A DNA stretch of 64,000 nt, taken from positions 11,222,001 to 11,286,000 of the forward strand of contig NC_043002.1 in assembly GCF_006345805.1 (NCBI RefSeq), in the 5' to 3' direction. The stretch is from Octopus sinensis (taxonomy: Eukaryota). The position numbers and the translations under genes were made by a program. Numbering within the stretch: position 1 is the first letter of the stretch; every line of letters starts with the position of its first letter. Below the pieces are notes generated by a model, which saw only the letters and a list, made by a program, of their open reading frames with translations, had not been told where the DNA came from and searched no databases. Shown here piece after piece: positions 1 through 11,527 of the stretch.

Positions 1-704
1 CTTTTAATATTGGATTATTCTTTACTATTGAGTTCTTAGACTCAAAGAATTGGTTTTTGTATTTAAGGAATGGATGTAAATGTCTATATGCGATAAGTTG
101 GTTTACCGCGAACAAAAGGGACAAAACTTTAAGCCACTACCAATGTCACAGAATTTTGGTTACAAGGGGAGGGTTACCAGGTGAGAGGGCATCTGTCCAT
201 AAAAAAATCTGCCTCAATGAATTTTGTGGGGGCTATAAGGCGGTGATCTGGCAGAAACATTAGCACGCCTGGTGAAATGCTTAGCAGTATTTCATCTGTC
301 TTTATGTTCCGAGTTCAAATTCCACCAAGGTCAACTTTGCCTTTCATCCTTTCGGGGTTAATAAATAAGTACCACTTGAATAGTGGGGTCGATAAATTAT
401 GTACCAGTTGCGTAGTAGGGTCAATAAATTAAGTACCAGTTGCTTAGTGGGGGGTCAATGTAATCGACTGGTACCCTGCCGCAAAAATTTTGGGCCTTGC
501 GCCTAGAGTAGAAAAGAATTCTATGTGGCCTGTACATGAATGAAAAACATAGATGTTAACACAATGATCCAGTGATATCAATATATCATCATCATCGTCA
601 TTATAATATCCACTTTGCCATGCTTGCATGGGTCAGACAGAAATTGTTGAGGAAGATTTTAATCTTATTGTTACCAGCCTTCACTTTTTTCCAAGCAAAG
701 TAAT

Positions 705-1123
705 GGATCTTTTCGGCTTGAACGGCATTTTTTTCTAGCGGTGTCATATGAAATTGTCACCCATAATTATGACCCTAGTATCGATCTATTGCATTTCAAT
801 CTGTTTTAGGGTTAAGGTTAGGGGTGGGGGGAAGGGTATCTTTTTTTCTTCAGAAATGTAAATTAACCCAATCTGTTTCTTAAACGAGGGACATATTCAT
901 ATGGCACAGAATGTTTTCACCTCAATAGACGTCATTGATTGGTTGAAATTGCAGAAAGTGAAGAAAAAAAAAGCAACAAATATCTTACAAACTATAGAAT
1001 TTTCTCAATAAAGCCAGGAGAAAAAGATGTTTTATAAACACATTCTACCAGAATACGAAGTGTAAAAGTGTTTAGTTACGTGGAAATTATTTAAAAAAAC
1101 TGCCGTTCAAACCGAAGAGATCC
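705..1123. mobile_element. Non-autonomous DNA transposon (MITE), GG...CC termini, 8-bp TSD; Merlin-like
   Basis: TIRs GGATCTTTTCGGCTTGAACGGCA (705) and TGCCGTTCAAACCGAAGAGATCC (ends 1123) match at 21/23. Identical flanks AAAGTAAT at 697-704 and 1124-1131. Superfamily inferred from GG termini and the 8-bp TSD. Confidence 0.75.
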
Positions 1124-2401
1124 AAAGTAATATTTCCCTGTGGCCAGACATGTTTTTTTAAGGAAGACAGGAAGGGAACGATATTGTTTGTATGACACTG
1201 ACTTTTATTTAGAACTACCGTATAGTGTTAAGACAAAGGGATGCGCACAAACACACACACGCAGGTATCTATATATATCTATGTGTACATGTACATTGCT
1301 TACAGCCATATCATGTTGAAAGCACCAGTTCTCGTCCTATTCCAAAGAAAATCGATTTTATTCACACAAATATGCAACCGAAGAGTTTAAAGTACCAGTA
1401 ATGATAAGGCTGTTGACTGGGAGAACACAAACGTGGTTTAAATAGTAAGCTTGGCAGGAAAGAAACGTGCCTTTAAGCAGTACAAAAACAAGAAAAAATG
1501 GAAGGTGCAGTTATGTACAGGTTGACGAAAGAAAAGCAGGACAAAAACGGCTTTATCTATCGCATTCTTGCCTGGAATCGATTTTTGTAATTTTTTCAAG
1601 ACTTATACACGCCCTGATACCATCGGTATCTACATATCAAATTTGAGCGCAATCGGATGGAGGATGCCCGAGATCCGAGGAGACACAGACAGACAGAATG
1701 GATTTTATATAAGAGATATGCATGACAGTCTTCGTTCAGTTTCCATCTACTAAATCCATTCTCAAGGTTTTGGCTGGCCCAGGGGTCTTAGCAGAAGATA
1801 CCTCAGACACAGCAGGACTGAATCTGAAACCATTCAGTTGGGAATGGAAGCACTTAATCACACAGCAATGCCCATACCTTATATTGTGAGCTTCAACACT
1901 GATTCTGTCTACCAAACGCTATTTGCTAAGCATTGGTCAACCTGAAACTATGGCAGAAAGTTGCCAAAATACTGTGTACCAAACTTATTTTTTATTCAGC
2001 ACACCAGGCTTTCCACAATATCAGTGAATGCATTATCCACTGTTTCCTATATATCAGAAGGGGCAGGTTTTGTCTAGGCATCTAACTAGTAAATACATAT
2101 TATCGACAAGGCCCAAAATGATGAAATGCATCTAGTGTGCTTTTGTAAGTCACTGCTGAGACAATGTTCATCTTGCTATTTGTTTTTAGCATATGTTTTG
2201 GAAGAAATTTTCTCTCAGGCAAAAACCACAGCATCATGCCTTTCATCAGTATATATATACTTTCAGTAGAAATACCTCCAAGATGCAAAACAAAGTCTTA
2301 GTCATATGGACTTGAGAATGCCTGTGTAAATAAATACTCCAGATGAGCCCTTTTGCTTTTATTTTTCATTTATTTATTTGTTTATTTATTTTCCTCCCTA
2401 G

Positions 2402-2475
2402 GAGAAGAAACAAGCCTGGATCTTTGGAAACGATTTCGAGACTTAAGCATCAAAGAATATCAGAAAATATACAAG
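2402..2475 (+). CDS. RARS2: Mitochondrial arginyl-tRNA synthetase, internal exon (first in window; upstream exons not identified in the window)
   Basis: cctag|GA...AAG|gtagg; encodes (G)EETSLDLWKRFRDLSIKEYQKIYK, matching recalled human RARS2 SLWQKFRDLSIEEYIRVYK. Confidence 0.93.
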
Positions 2476-2508
2476 GTAGGTCCTTATTGGAACTAAGACA
2501 ATCTGTTA

Positions 2509-2509
2509 T

Positions 2510-2592
<83 letters not shown>
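2509..2592. repeat. (CT)n microsatellite
   Basis: Near-perfect CT dinucleotide run just 3' of the RARS2 donor site. Confidence 0.95.
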
Positions 2593-2594
<2 letters not shown>

Positions 2595-2662
2595 ATATAT
2601 ATATGATTAGCTACTACACACATTTTTTACTCTCCTTGTTTCTCTCCTTGTTTTTTCTGTCC

Positions 2663-2698
2663 CTTTCTGTAGAAGAGCGTAGGCTCGAAACGTAAAAG
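2663..2698 (+). ncRNA. Minimal hammerhead-ribozyme-like motif with variant core (CUGUAGA) in a Penelope-like repeat fragment
   Basis: CTTT-CTGTAGA-A-GAGC(GTAG)GCTC-GAAA-CGTA-AAAG: stem I CTTT/AAAG, stem II GAGC/GCTC, palindromic ACGT stem III, GUA triplet. Core A6 is T. Confidence 0.55.
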
Positions 2699-2779
2699 AC
2701 TTTTTCTATTCCTGAGCGTTATACTAATACATGTTTGTTTTGTACACCACCTGTCTTTGTCTTTTGTTTTTTTCATAAG

Positions 2780-2824
<45 letters not shown>

Positions 2825-4127
2825 CATGTTTGCCTGGTATGTATATATGTTCATTTTTATGTATTCTGATTATGTCTGCACTGATGAGTAGAAAGTGTAT
2901 TGTGTACACTAACTACGGAACCATATGTGATTTGCGGCTAAATCTATTTTTAAGAGGTGACTTCCAAGTTACATTCCCCACTTTTGGTACCATGTCATCA
3001 TCTTCATTTAATGTCTGCTTTCCATTCTGGTATGGATTGGATGGTTTAATTGGGGACTGGCAAGCCAGGAGGCTGCACCACACTCCAATATGATCTGGCA
3101 AGGTTTCTACAGCTGGATGCCCTTCCTAATGCCAGCCACTGTGAGAGTGTAGTGGGTGCTTTTTACATGCTACCGGCACAGCAGCCAGTCGGGGCAGTGG
3201 GGCTGGCATCGACTACATTCAGATGGTGCTTTTTATGTTCCACCGGCATGGGGTGCCAGTCAGGTGGCACTGGCAACAACCCACGCATGAATGGTGATTA
3301 TTGCATGCCACCAGTATGGGAGCCAGGCAGGCAGCACTCGCATCGGCCACAACGACAATTGCCATTTTGATTTCAATTTGATTGAGATTCTGATTTTGAT
3401 TTTGATTTTTGATTCTTATTTAAGTAGATTTGACTTTAAGAGCCCCTTACAGCATGAAGCTTTTACATTTAATAATATTTATATTTAAAGGGAATACCAC
3501 ACTCACGGAGTGATTGGCACTAGGAAGGGCATCCAGCTGTAGAAATACTGCTTGATCAGACTGGAGCCTGGTGCAGCCTCCTGGCTTCCCAGACCCCAGT
3601 CAAACCATCAAACCCAGCTAGCATGGAAAGCGGACGTTAAATGATGATGATGATGATGATGATGAATAATTATATTAGTTACATTTTCAAAGAGGTGCTG
3701 GAAAGTTATTAGCTTTAAGGGTATCGCGAAGGGCCTGGCTGGAAGCCCAACCTTCTGAGTTCTTTTACAGGGCTTAAAACAGTGTTTCCCAACCTATTCC
3801 CAACCCCAGGCTCCACTATAACTTTCCATAAATATGTATGCCCCACTAGTGATTGTAAAACAACTTTATTTCTAATATCTTATCACAATAGGCAGTGAGC
3901 TAGTTGAAATGTTAGCATGCCAGGCAAAATATCTAGCGGTATTTCGTCTGCCGTTACGTTCTGAGTTCAAATTCTGCTGAGGTTGACTTTGCCTTTCATC
4001 CCTTCCGGGGTCGATAAATTAAGTACCAGTTGCGTAATCGGATCCATCTAATTGACTGGTCCCCTCCCTAAAAATTCTGGGTTTTGTGCCCAGAGTAGAA
4101 AAGAATATTTTACGACAATTATTAATA

Positions 4128-4404
4128 CAGGGATTCTCAACCATTTATTATCTATGGACCCCTTTAATTACTATTTTATTCTGGTGGACCCCATAGCCAT
4201 TCTATGTTTAAAAACTAGTTTTATAGAAACTTCTTTCGAAATTCCTATTTTGTTTTTCACACATAAACTTGTGTAGGCTGAACTATTTAGCATGTTAGAG
4301 AAGGGAACCTAGCTGTTTCTTTTAATAATTTTTTTTAATGGGCCCTTAATATACTCTTGTGTGGACCCCAAAAATATTATATGGGCCTTTGTTGAGAACT
4401 ACTG
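4128..4404. mobile_element. hAT-like MITE
   Basis: Termini CAGGGATTCTCAAC / GTTGAGAACTACTG; degenerate 8-bp flanks TATTAATA / GTTTAATA. Confidence 0.55.
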
Positions 4405-5244
4405 GTTTAATACAAAAGAATCTACCTGTAACCCTTTTATTAAGTGCTGAGTACAAAAAAGAAGTACGTTCTTAATTAAGAAAAGAAGGGAATCACTTTA
4501 ATGAGAACCTCGTGCCTGACAACTACAGCACCTTGCCCCACCACCATTTTCCCAGGTCCCACCAGCAGGGCTCACATTGGGAATCACTGGATTAGAAAAA
4601 CTGAAGGACCACTGCAAACAAATGTGTGGATTTGAGAAGGGAATATGTTCGTCATCATCATCATTTAACATCCGCCTTCCATGCTAGCATGGGTTGGACG
4701 ATTTTGACTGAGGGCTGGCAAACCAGACTCCAATCTGATCTGCCAGAGTTTCTACAGCTGGATGCCCTTCCTAACGCCAACCACTCTGAGAGTGTAGTGG
4801 GTGCTTTTACGTGCCACCGGCACGAGGGCCAGTTTCGTGGTACTGGCAATGGCCATGCCCAAAAGGTGCTTTTTACGTGCCACCTGCACAGGAGCCAGTC
4901 CAGCGGCACTGGCAACGACCTCGCTCGAATGTTTCATGTGCCACCAGCACAAGTGCTAGTAAGGCAATGTGGTAACGATGCTAGTAAGGTGACGAGGTGA
5001 ATCATAATTAGTTGATCCTCCTGTATTTTCTTTTCAGCACCCCCTCATAGTTATGTGTGTATTTGTATGTGCATGCATTGGTGTGATAGGTGGACAGCTC
5101 TATTATAATAATCTTCTATGATAATATTCTTGTATTTTTCTCTGTCACAACATGTGAATGAAAAAGGAAGGGCTGATAGATGAATAAGGAAGGAAGCGGG
5201 TGATGGCAAACTTGGTTGTGGGATGATGGAAGTTCTATGCTGGA

Positions 5245-5560
5245 AAAGAAAGTCAAACAGCGTTTCAGCTCTGCGTGAGTATGTGTGTGTATGTAAAAGC
5301 AGTCATGTGAATGTTTGTGTGTGTGTGTGTGTGCAATGGAAGTGGGATGGTGAACATTCAATGCTGAAAAGGAAACTCAAACAGCATTTCAACTCTGTGT
5401 GTGTATGTAAAAGGGAGTCATGTGAATGTTTGTGTGTGTGTGTGCAATGGAAATGGGATGATGAACATTCAATGCTGAAAAGAAAAATCAAACAGCGTTT
5501 CAACTCTGTGTGTATATGTGTGTGTATGTGTGTGTATGTACAAGGGAAATATGTGAATGT
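5245..5560. repeat. Degenerate tandem repeat, about 3 copies of a ~115-nt unit with (GT)n
   Basis: Recurring AAACAGC(A/G)TTTCAACTCTG...GTCATGTGAATGTTTGTGTG...CAATGGAA.TGGGATG.TGAACATTCAATGCTGAAAAG. Confidence 0.75.
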
Positions 5561-5757
5561 TTGTATCTGTGATTATGTGTCTGATTCTGTACCTTATTTA
5601 TATATAAAGTACTACAACCTGCTGCCGTAATTGATGGCACGAGGCCAGCTAGTAATATTATGCTAGATTCGCGAAAACATTACTGCATTTCAAAGCTGTC
5701 ATCATAATGAGAAGTCACCTCACCTAACTCGGGGCTTGTTGTTTTGTCTGATTACAG

Positions 5758-5864
5758 AGACTCGGTATCTCCTTCACTGAGATTCACTCTGAATCGATGT
5801 ATTCTGAATCAGCCAATCAGCTACTGCAACACCTGCGACACACTGGTTTGTTACAGATCAATGA
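5758..5864 (+). CDS. RARS2: RARS2 exon
   Basis: tacag|AGA...GA|gtaagt; RLGISFTEIHSESMYSESANQLLQHLRHTGLLQIN, equivalent to RLGVYFDEYSGESFY; phase-continuous with neighbours. Confidence 0.93.
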
Positions 5865-5979
5865 GTAAGTCTTATTATATAACCCTCTTGTTGTTTAACC
5901 CTAGGCAAGACTTTTTTTGACCTGTTGAAGCAGTTACTTTTAGTACATGTGATTTAACCCTTTAGCACTTAAACCAGCC

Positions 5980-6560
5980 ATCATCATCATCATCATCGTT
6001 TAACGTCCATTTTCCATGGGTTGGACAGTTCGACCGGGGTCTGGGAAGCCAGGAGGCTGCACCAGGCTCCAGTCTGATCTGGCAGTGTTTCTACAGCTGG
6101 ATGCCCTTCCTAACGCCAACCACTCCTTGAGTTTTGTGGGTGCCTTTTACGTGCCACCAGCACAGGTATCACAACTACAATTTCCATTTGACTTTTTGAT
6201 GTTGATGTACTTGACTCAATAGGTCTCCTCAAGCACAGCAGGTTGCCCTATGATCCAAGGTAAGCACAGCAGGCCATCCTGTGATCCAAGGTACTTTGGA
6301 AGGGCTGGGGCTTCTATGTGAAGCTGGTGCAGGAAACAGCTATGAACTCACGTTATTTGTCGGGTCTTTGCAGTCACAGGATATCTTCAGAGGTCTCGGT
6401 CTTTCGTCATTGCCTCTGTGAGGCCTGACGTTCGAAGGTCTTGATTGACCACCTCATCCCATGTCTTCCTGGGTCTACCTCTACCCCGGATTCCTTCAAC
6501 TGCTTGGGAGTGGCACTTCTTCACACATCTCTCCTCATCCATCCTCAGCCATATCCAGAC
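5980..6560 (-). mobile_element. 5'-truncated RTE-clade LINE (ORF2 C-terminus, 3' UTR and (GAT)n tail)
   Basis: Minus-strand peptide LRMDEERCVKKCHSQAVEGIRGRGRPRKTWDEVVNQDLRTSGLTEAMTKDRDL is the typical RTE ORF2 end. It is followed by the GGCGTTAGGAAGGGCATCCAGC 3' module and a GAT tail. Confidence 0.85.
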
Positions 6561-6734
6561 CAAATATTCAATTTGTTTTATGTCTGAACAAGTCAGTTCT
6601 GACCTCTCACACATACCCTACTATGCCATTCTAAAAAAATATACAATCACATCTTTGAAATTTCGAAGCTGCAAGATGATACAAGATTAATTCAGAATAA
6701 CATGACAGAATAATCAGAATGCTAAACAGTTAAT

Positions 6735-7180
6735 ATTTCAGTTCTGTATTTAAAAGATGAGGAATTATGTACATTATTTACAATTGATGGATATTTGTCC
6801 TCATCTTGTTTGTTGTTAACACAACATTTCGGCTGATATACACTCCAGCCTTCAGGTGTCTTGGGGAAATTTTGAACCTGGGTTCTCACTCCTAAGGTAT
6901 TTTTTGATGTTGTCATTATTATTATTATTATTATTGTTATTATTATTATTATTATTATTATTGTTATTATTATTATTGTTGTTATCATTATTATTATTGT
7001 TTAGGTCACTGCCTGGAATCGAACTCAGAATCTTGGGGTTAGTAGTCTGCGCTCTTAACCACTACGCCATATACCCATGGTGTAGTGGTTAAGAGTGCAG
7101 GCTACTAACCCCAAGATTCCAAGTTCGATTCCAGGCAGTGACCTAAACAATAATAATAATAACAATAATAATAATAAACT
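6735..7180 (-). mobile_element. tRNA-head/(AAT)n/hammerhead-tail element (minus copy) fused head-to-head with a plus-strand head
   Basis: Head 7000-7068 is inverted against 7079-7147 (64/69 identical, 10-nt loop). Hammerhead at 6818-6860 has a 3-nt core deletion. Confidence 0.8.
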
Positions 7181-7210
7181 ACTATAAACTTTGTGTTTAT
7201 ACAATTTTAG

Positions 7211-7309
7211 GGAAGAAGGAAGAACCGAGTTCATTGAGATTCCTGACCGAAACCGAAATTCCAAAGTTACAATGTGCAAAAGTGATGGAACTACTCTCTA
7301 CCTGACACG
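7211..7309 (+). CDS. RARS2: RARS2 exon
   Basis: tttag|G...CG|gtgagt; EEGRTEFIEIPDRNRNSKVTMCKSDGTTLYLTR, containing the ArgRS SDGTxLYxTRD motif. Confidence 0.95.
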
Positions 7310-7344
7310 GTGAGTAGCAGAGGTCTTCATTCTGTTTTTTTACC

Positions 7345-7785
7345 CTTTAAAGGATCCCTCTCTCTCTCTCTCTTTCTCCCTCTCTCACTCACTCTATCTA
7401 TCTCTTTGTCTGTCTGTCTATCCCTCTGTCTCTCTCTCTCTATCTATCTATTTATCCCTCTTTCTCTGTCTCACTTTCTCTATCCCTCTGTCTGTCCCCC
7501 CTCTCTATCTGTCCATCACTCTCTCTATCCCTCTCTTTATCTCTATCTTTGCCTCTCTCTCTCTATCCCTCTCTGTCTGCCTGTCTGTCTCAAGCTATCC
7601 TACTCTGTTTCTCTATCTATCCCTCTGTCTCTCTATCCCTCTCTCACTGTATCTATCTCTATCCCTCTCTCCCCTCTTTCTCTCTGTCTCCTCTCCCTAT
7701 CTATCTGTCCCACCCTCTCTCTCTTTCTCTTTATCCTATCTTTCTGCCTATCTCTCTGTCTCTGTCTCTCTCCTCTCTCTCTGAT
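7345..7785. repeat. Degenerate (CT)/(CTAT) polypyrimidine microsatellite, ~440 nt
   Basis: Continuous CT-rich low-complexity tract; the source of spurious ORFs 7310-7894 and 7549-7845. Confidence 0.95.
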
Positions 7786-10358
7786 TATGAATTTTCCTTT
7801 CCAACCAAATGGCTTCAGGTTCAGTCCCCCTGTGAGACGCCATGAGCAAATGTTTTCAGCAACAGCTTATGACCACCCAGAGCCTTGTGAGTGAACGTGG
7901 TCAATGGAAACTGAAAGAAGCCCGTTGTATGAGTGTGCATGTTTATGTTGCCTTGTAGTAACAACATGTGATAGATCGCTGTCGTACAGGCATTGTCAGT
8001 CTTTTCCAATCTTCTATGGAAACATATCTGGCCATCACCATCATCATCTTTTAACGTCCGCTTTCCATGCTAGCATGGGTTGGACAGTTTTGACTGAGGG
8101 CTGGCAACCAGATGGCTGCACCAGGCTCCAGTCTTGATCTGGCAGAGTTTCTACAGCTGGATGCCCTTCCTAACGCCAACCACTTCGAGAGTGTAGTGGG
8201 TACTTTTTGCGTGCCACCTGCATGGGGGCCAGTCAGGCGGTACTGGCAATGATCTCACTCGGATCTTTTACACGTGCCACCAACACAGGTGCCAGTAAAG
8301 CGATGTTGGTAATGATCACACTCGAATGGTTCCCTTTTACGTGCCTCTGGCATGGAAGCCAGTTGGCTGCTCTGGCAACGATCACTCTCGGATGGTGCTC
8401 TTGGCACCCTACTAGTACAGGCATAAGTGCTGGTAAGGTGACGCTGGTAACAATCACCTGTCTTGCTGATTTCCATCTACCCCATGCACACATGGAAAAG
8501 TGGACATTAAAACTGATGATGATGATGATGATGACTATGACGTGGGACCCCTTCATGACAATGTAACCTTCATTTGACTAAGGTACCTTTGGCGTGACGA
8601 ACAGAAAGTGGCATACCCCTTGTTGTGAAATTACTACTTCCAAGATTCTACTTGCAATGAAACATATGTAGGCTGGATTTTACCTATTCCATTCCCTAAG
8701 CTTCACAGCATTTGCTATTTTCCTCTCCTTCTGGTCTAACGACCCTCCATGTTTATTTTCGTTAAGCTTCCTTGTATGTCTCCACTGTCATGCTTTTGTT
8801 CCTAACTTTGACCCTCCATAAATCCTTAATTTTATTTTAAAATTTATGGGAGCCACTGTCTTTGAAGGCTCATATTGTCGTTGAATGCTCGAAATAAGGA
8901 GTAGATAGACAGCCGATAACTGATGAAGGGTCCTTTCTCTGTGTTTACTTGTCCTGTTCTCTATTTTTTCATCACTGTTTTAGATGAAGCTGCAAATGGG
9001 AGAATGGAATAAACCTTTTGTTACCATAGGCGTAGGAGTGGCTGTGTGGTAAGTTGCTAGCTTACGAGCCACATGGTTCCGGGTTCAGTCCCACTGCGTG
9101 GCACCTTGGGTAAGTGCCTTCTACTATAGCCGCGGGCCGACCAAAGACTTGTGAGTGGATTTGGTAGACGGAAACTGAAAGAAGCCCGTTGTATATATGT
9201 ATATATGTATGTATGTATGTGTATATGTTTGTGTGTCTGTGTTTGTCCCCCCCCCACATCACTTGACAACAGATGCTGATGTGTTTACGTCCCCAAAACT
9301 TAGCGGTTCGGTAAAAGGAGCCTGATAGAATAAGTACTAGGCTTACAATGAATAAGTCCTGGGGTCGATTTGCTCGACTAAATGTGGTGCTCCAGCATGG
9401 CTGCAGTCAAATGGCTGAAACCAGTAAAAGAGTAAAGAGAGTATATTTCTTTTCAAAATACGTGGTCTTTGTTTCAGTTAATTTTGAAAGTAATGAAAAA
9501 TTTTAATGAAGTAACTTTGCCGTTATTAAGATGGTGTTTAGAACACAAAGTACCATGAAAATTTGAAGGAAAGTTTTCATTTTTGGCCATATTAATCTTT
9601 TTGTTACCATATTTCTGTTGAAATACATTGTCATTGTTTCATTTAATTTTGAGAAGACCCGACAAGCCAAATAAAACCATAATCTCATGGCCTATGCCAG
9701 GGGCATAACCAGCCCACTTATTCGTACCTTTTCCTTCTTTGGACACTAAAACTCTGCTTGCGAAGACCTGTTGAGGCAAGTGAAATCAATCAAAATCAAA
9801 TTCGATGACTGGCGTCTGTGCTAGCAGGGTGCAAAGAGCACCATATGAGTGTGATCATTTTCAGAGTGGCTAACTGGCTTCCATGCCAGTGGCACTTAAA
9901 AGGCACCAATCAAGCGTGATCGTTACCAGCATCGCCTTACTGGCACTTGTGCCCATGCTAGTAGGGTGCCAAGAGCACCATCCAAGCGTGATCGTTGCCA
10001 GAGCAGCCAACTGGCTTCTGTATCCGTGACACGTAAAAGGGCACTATTCGAGCGTGATCATTACCAACGTCGCTTCACTGACACCTGTGCTGGTGGCATG
10101 TGTAGAAAGATTCGAGCGAGGTCATTGCCAGTACCGCAATGAAGAGAAGAGAATAGCAATTAAAAGAGATGTGGTGTTGGTAAAGGCAAACATGAGAGTG
10201 TTTAGTGTCATGCTGGTATCCATAAAAAGTACCCAGTACACATTGTAAAGTGGTTGTAAATGGCATCCAGTCATAAAAGCCATGCCAAAGCAGACATTGG
10301 AAAATAGGTGTTAATGATGACAATAATTAGTTCTAATTATTTCATTATTCCCCTCCAG

Positions 10359-10419
10359 TGATGTTGCTGCTGCTCTCCACAGGAAGAAGGAATATAATTT
10401 TAACAAAATACACTATGTG
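10359..10419 (+). CDS. RARS2: RARS2 exon
   Basis: tccag|T...GTG|gtaagt; DVAAALHRKKEYNFNKIHYV, equivalent to [20 protein letters not shown]. Confidence 0.95.
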
Positions 10420-10682
10420 GTAAGTTTTGTTTTCATTTTATTTATTGTGGCGTTTTCTTGATTTCCAAGGAAATTGTTGAATACCAACTGCAAAAGCTTG
10501 GGAGGGCTAGGTTTATTGGTACAATTGATTCCAGTACTTGATTAGTACTTTACTTTGTTTGCCCCAGGAGGAATGGAAAGTAAAGATAACTGAAAAGGGA
10601 CTTAAATTCAGAATATAAAGAGCTCAGTATTTTTGCCCACTGTTCTAACAATTCTGACAGTCCACTGCCTTATTTGCACAAC

Positions 10683-10710
10683 AATAATAATAATAATTAA
10701 TAATAATGAT

Positions 10711-10750
<40 letters not shown>

Positions 10751-10885
10751 TAATAATAATAATAATAATTAATAATAATAATGATAATTAATAATAATAA
10801 TTAATAATAATAATAATAATAATGATAATTAATGATAATTATTATAATGATAATTAATAATAATGATAATAATAATAATAATCTT
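10683..10885. repeat. (AAT)n imperfect trinucleotide microsatellite
   Basis: About 200 nt of AAT/GAT/TTA repeats. Confidence 0.95.
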
Positions 10886-11188
10886 TCTACTATAAGCGCA
10901 AGGCCAGAAATTTTTGGGGAAGTGGCAAGTTGATTACATCAACCTCAATACATAACTGGTACTTATTTAATCGACCCTGAAAGGATAAAAGGCATAGTCG
11001 ACCTCGGTGGAATTTGAACTTGGAACATAGCGGCAGACAAAATACCACTAAGCATTTCGCCCAGCATGCTAACAATTCTGCCAGCTAATAATTCAGTCAA
11101 CAACCTCATGATATTGTATACTGTGCGACGTCTAGAATGATACATTATTTACATTTGATGGATATTTGTCCTCATCTTGTTTGTTGTT

Positions 11189-11234
11189 AACACAACATTT
11201 CAGCTGATATACCTTCCAGCCTTCATCAGGTGTC
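11189..11234 (-). ncRNA. Minimal hammerhead ribozyme (wobble variant)
   Basis: Reverse complement GACAC-CTGATGA-A-GGCTG(GAAGGTATAT)CAGCT-GAAA-TGTT-GTGTT. Confidence 0.6.
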
Positions 11235-11481
11235 TTGGGGAAATTTCAAACTTGGGTTTCTCATTCCTAAGGTATTAACCGCTATGCCATATGGCTTAGT
11301 GGTTAAGAGCGCTGCCTACTAACCCCAAGATTCTGAGTTTGATTCCAAGCAGTGACCTAAATAATAATAATAATAATAATAATTATATATTTCTTTATTT
11401 AATAATAATAATAATAATAACAACAACAACAACATCGAAAAATACCTTACGAATGAGAACCCAGGTTCAAAATTTCCCCAA

Positions 11482-11527
11482 GATACCTGATGAAGGCTGC
11501 AGGGTATATCAGCCGAAACGTTGTGTT
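11482..11527 (+). ncRNA. Minimal type-I hammerhead ribozyme, intact core
   Basis: GATAC-CTGATGA-A-GGCTG(CAGGGTATAT)CAGCC-GAAA-CGTT-GTGTT: core CUGAUGA + GAAA, 5-bp stems I and II, palindromic ACGU helix III, GUU triplet (predicted cut after 11522). Confidence 0.75.

Noticed and set aside
6722-7092. Poly-Ile/poly-Leu ORFs resembling signal peptides or TM helices (also 11339, 22323)
   Set aside because: Derived from the (AAT)n linker of the hammerhead element.
7079-7147. Possible tRNA gene (also 11293, ~14090, 39106, ~48400)
   Set aside because: A and B boxes are present but there is no complete cloverleaf or acceptor stem; these are heads of multi-copy SINEs.
7310-7894. 194-aa S/L-rich ORF
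   Set aside because: Translation of the CT tract; it starts at a splice donor inside a RARS2 intron.
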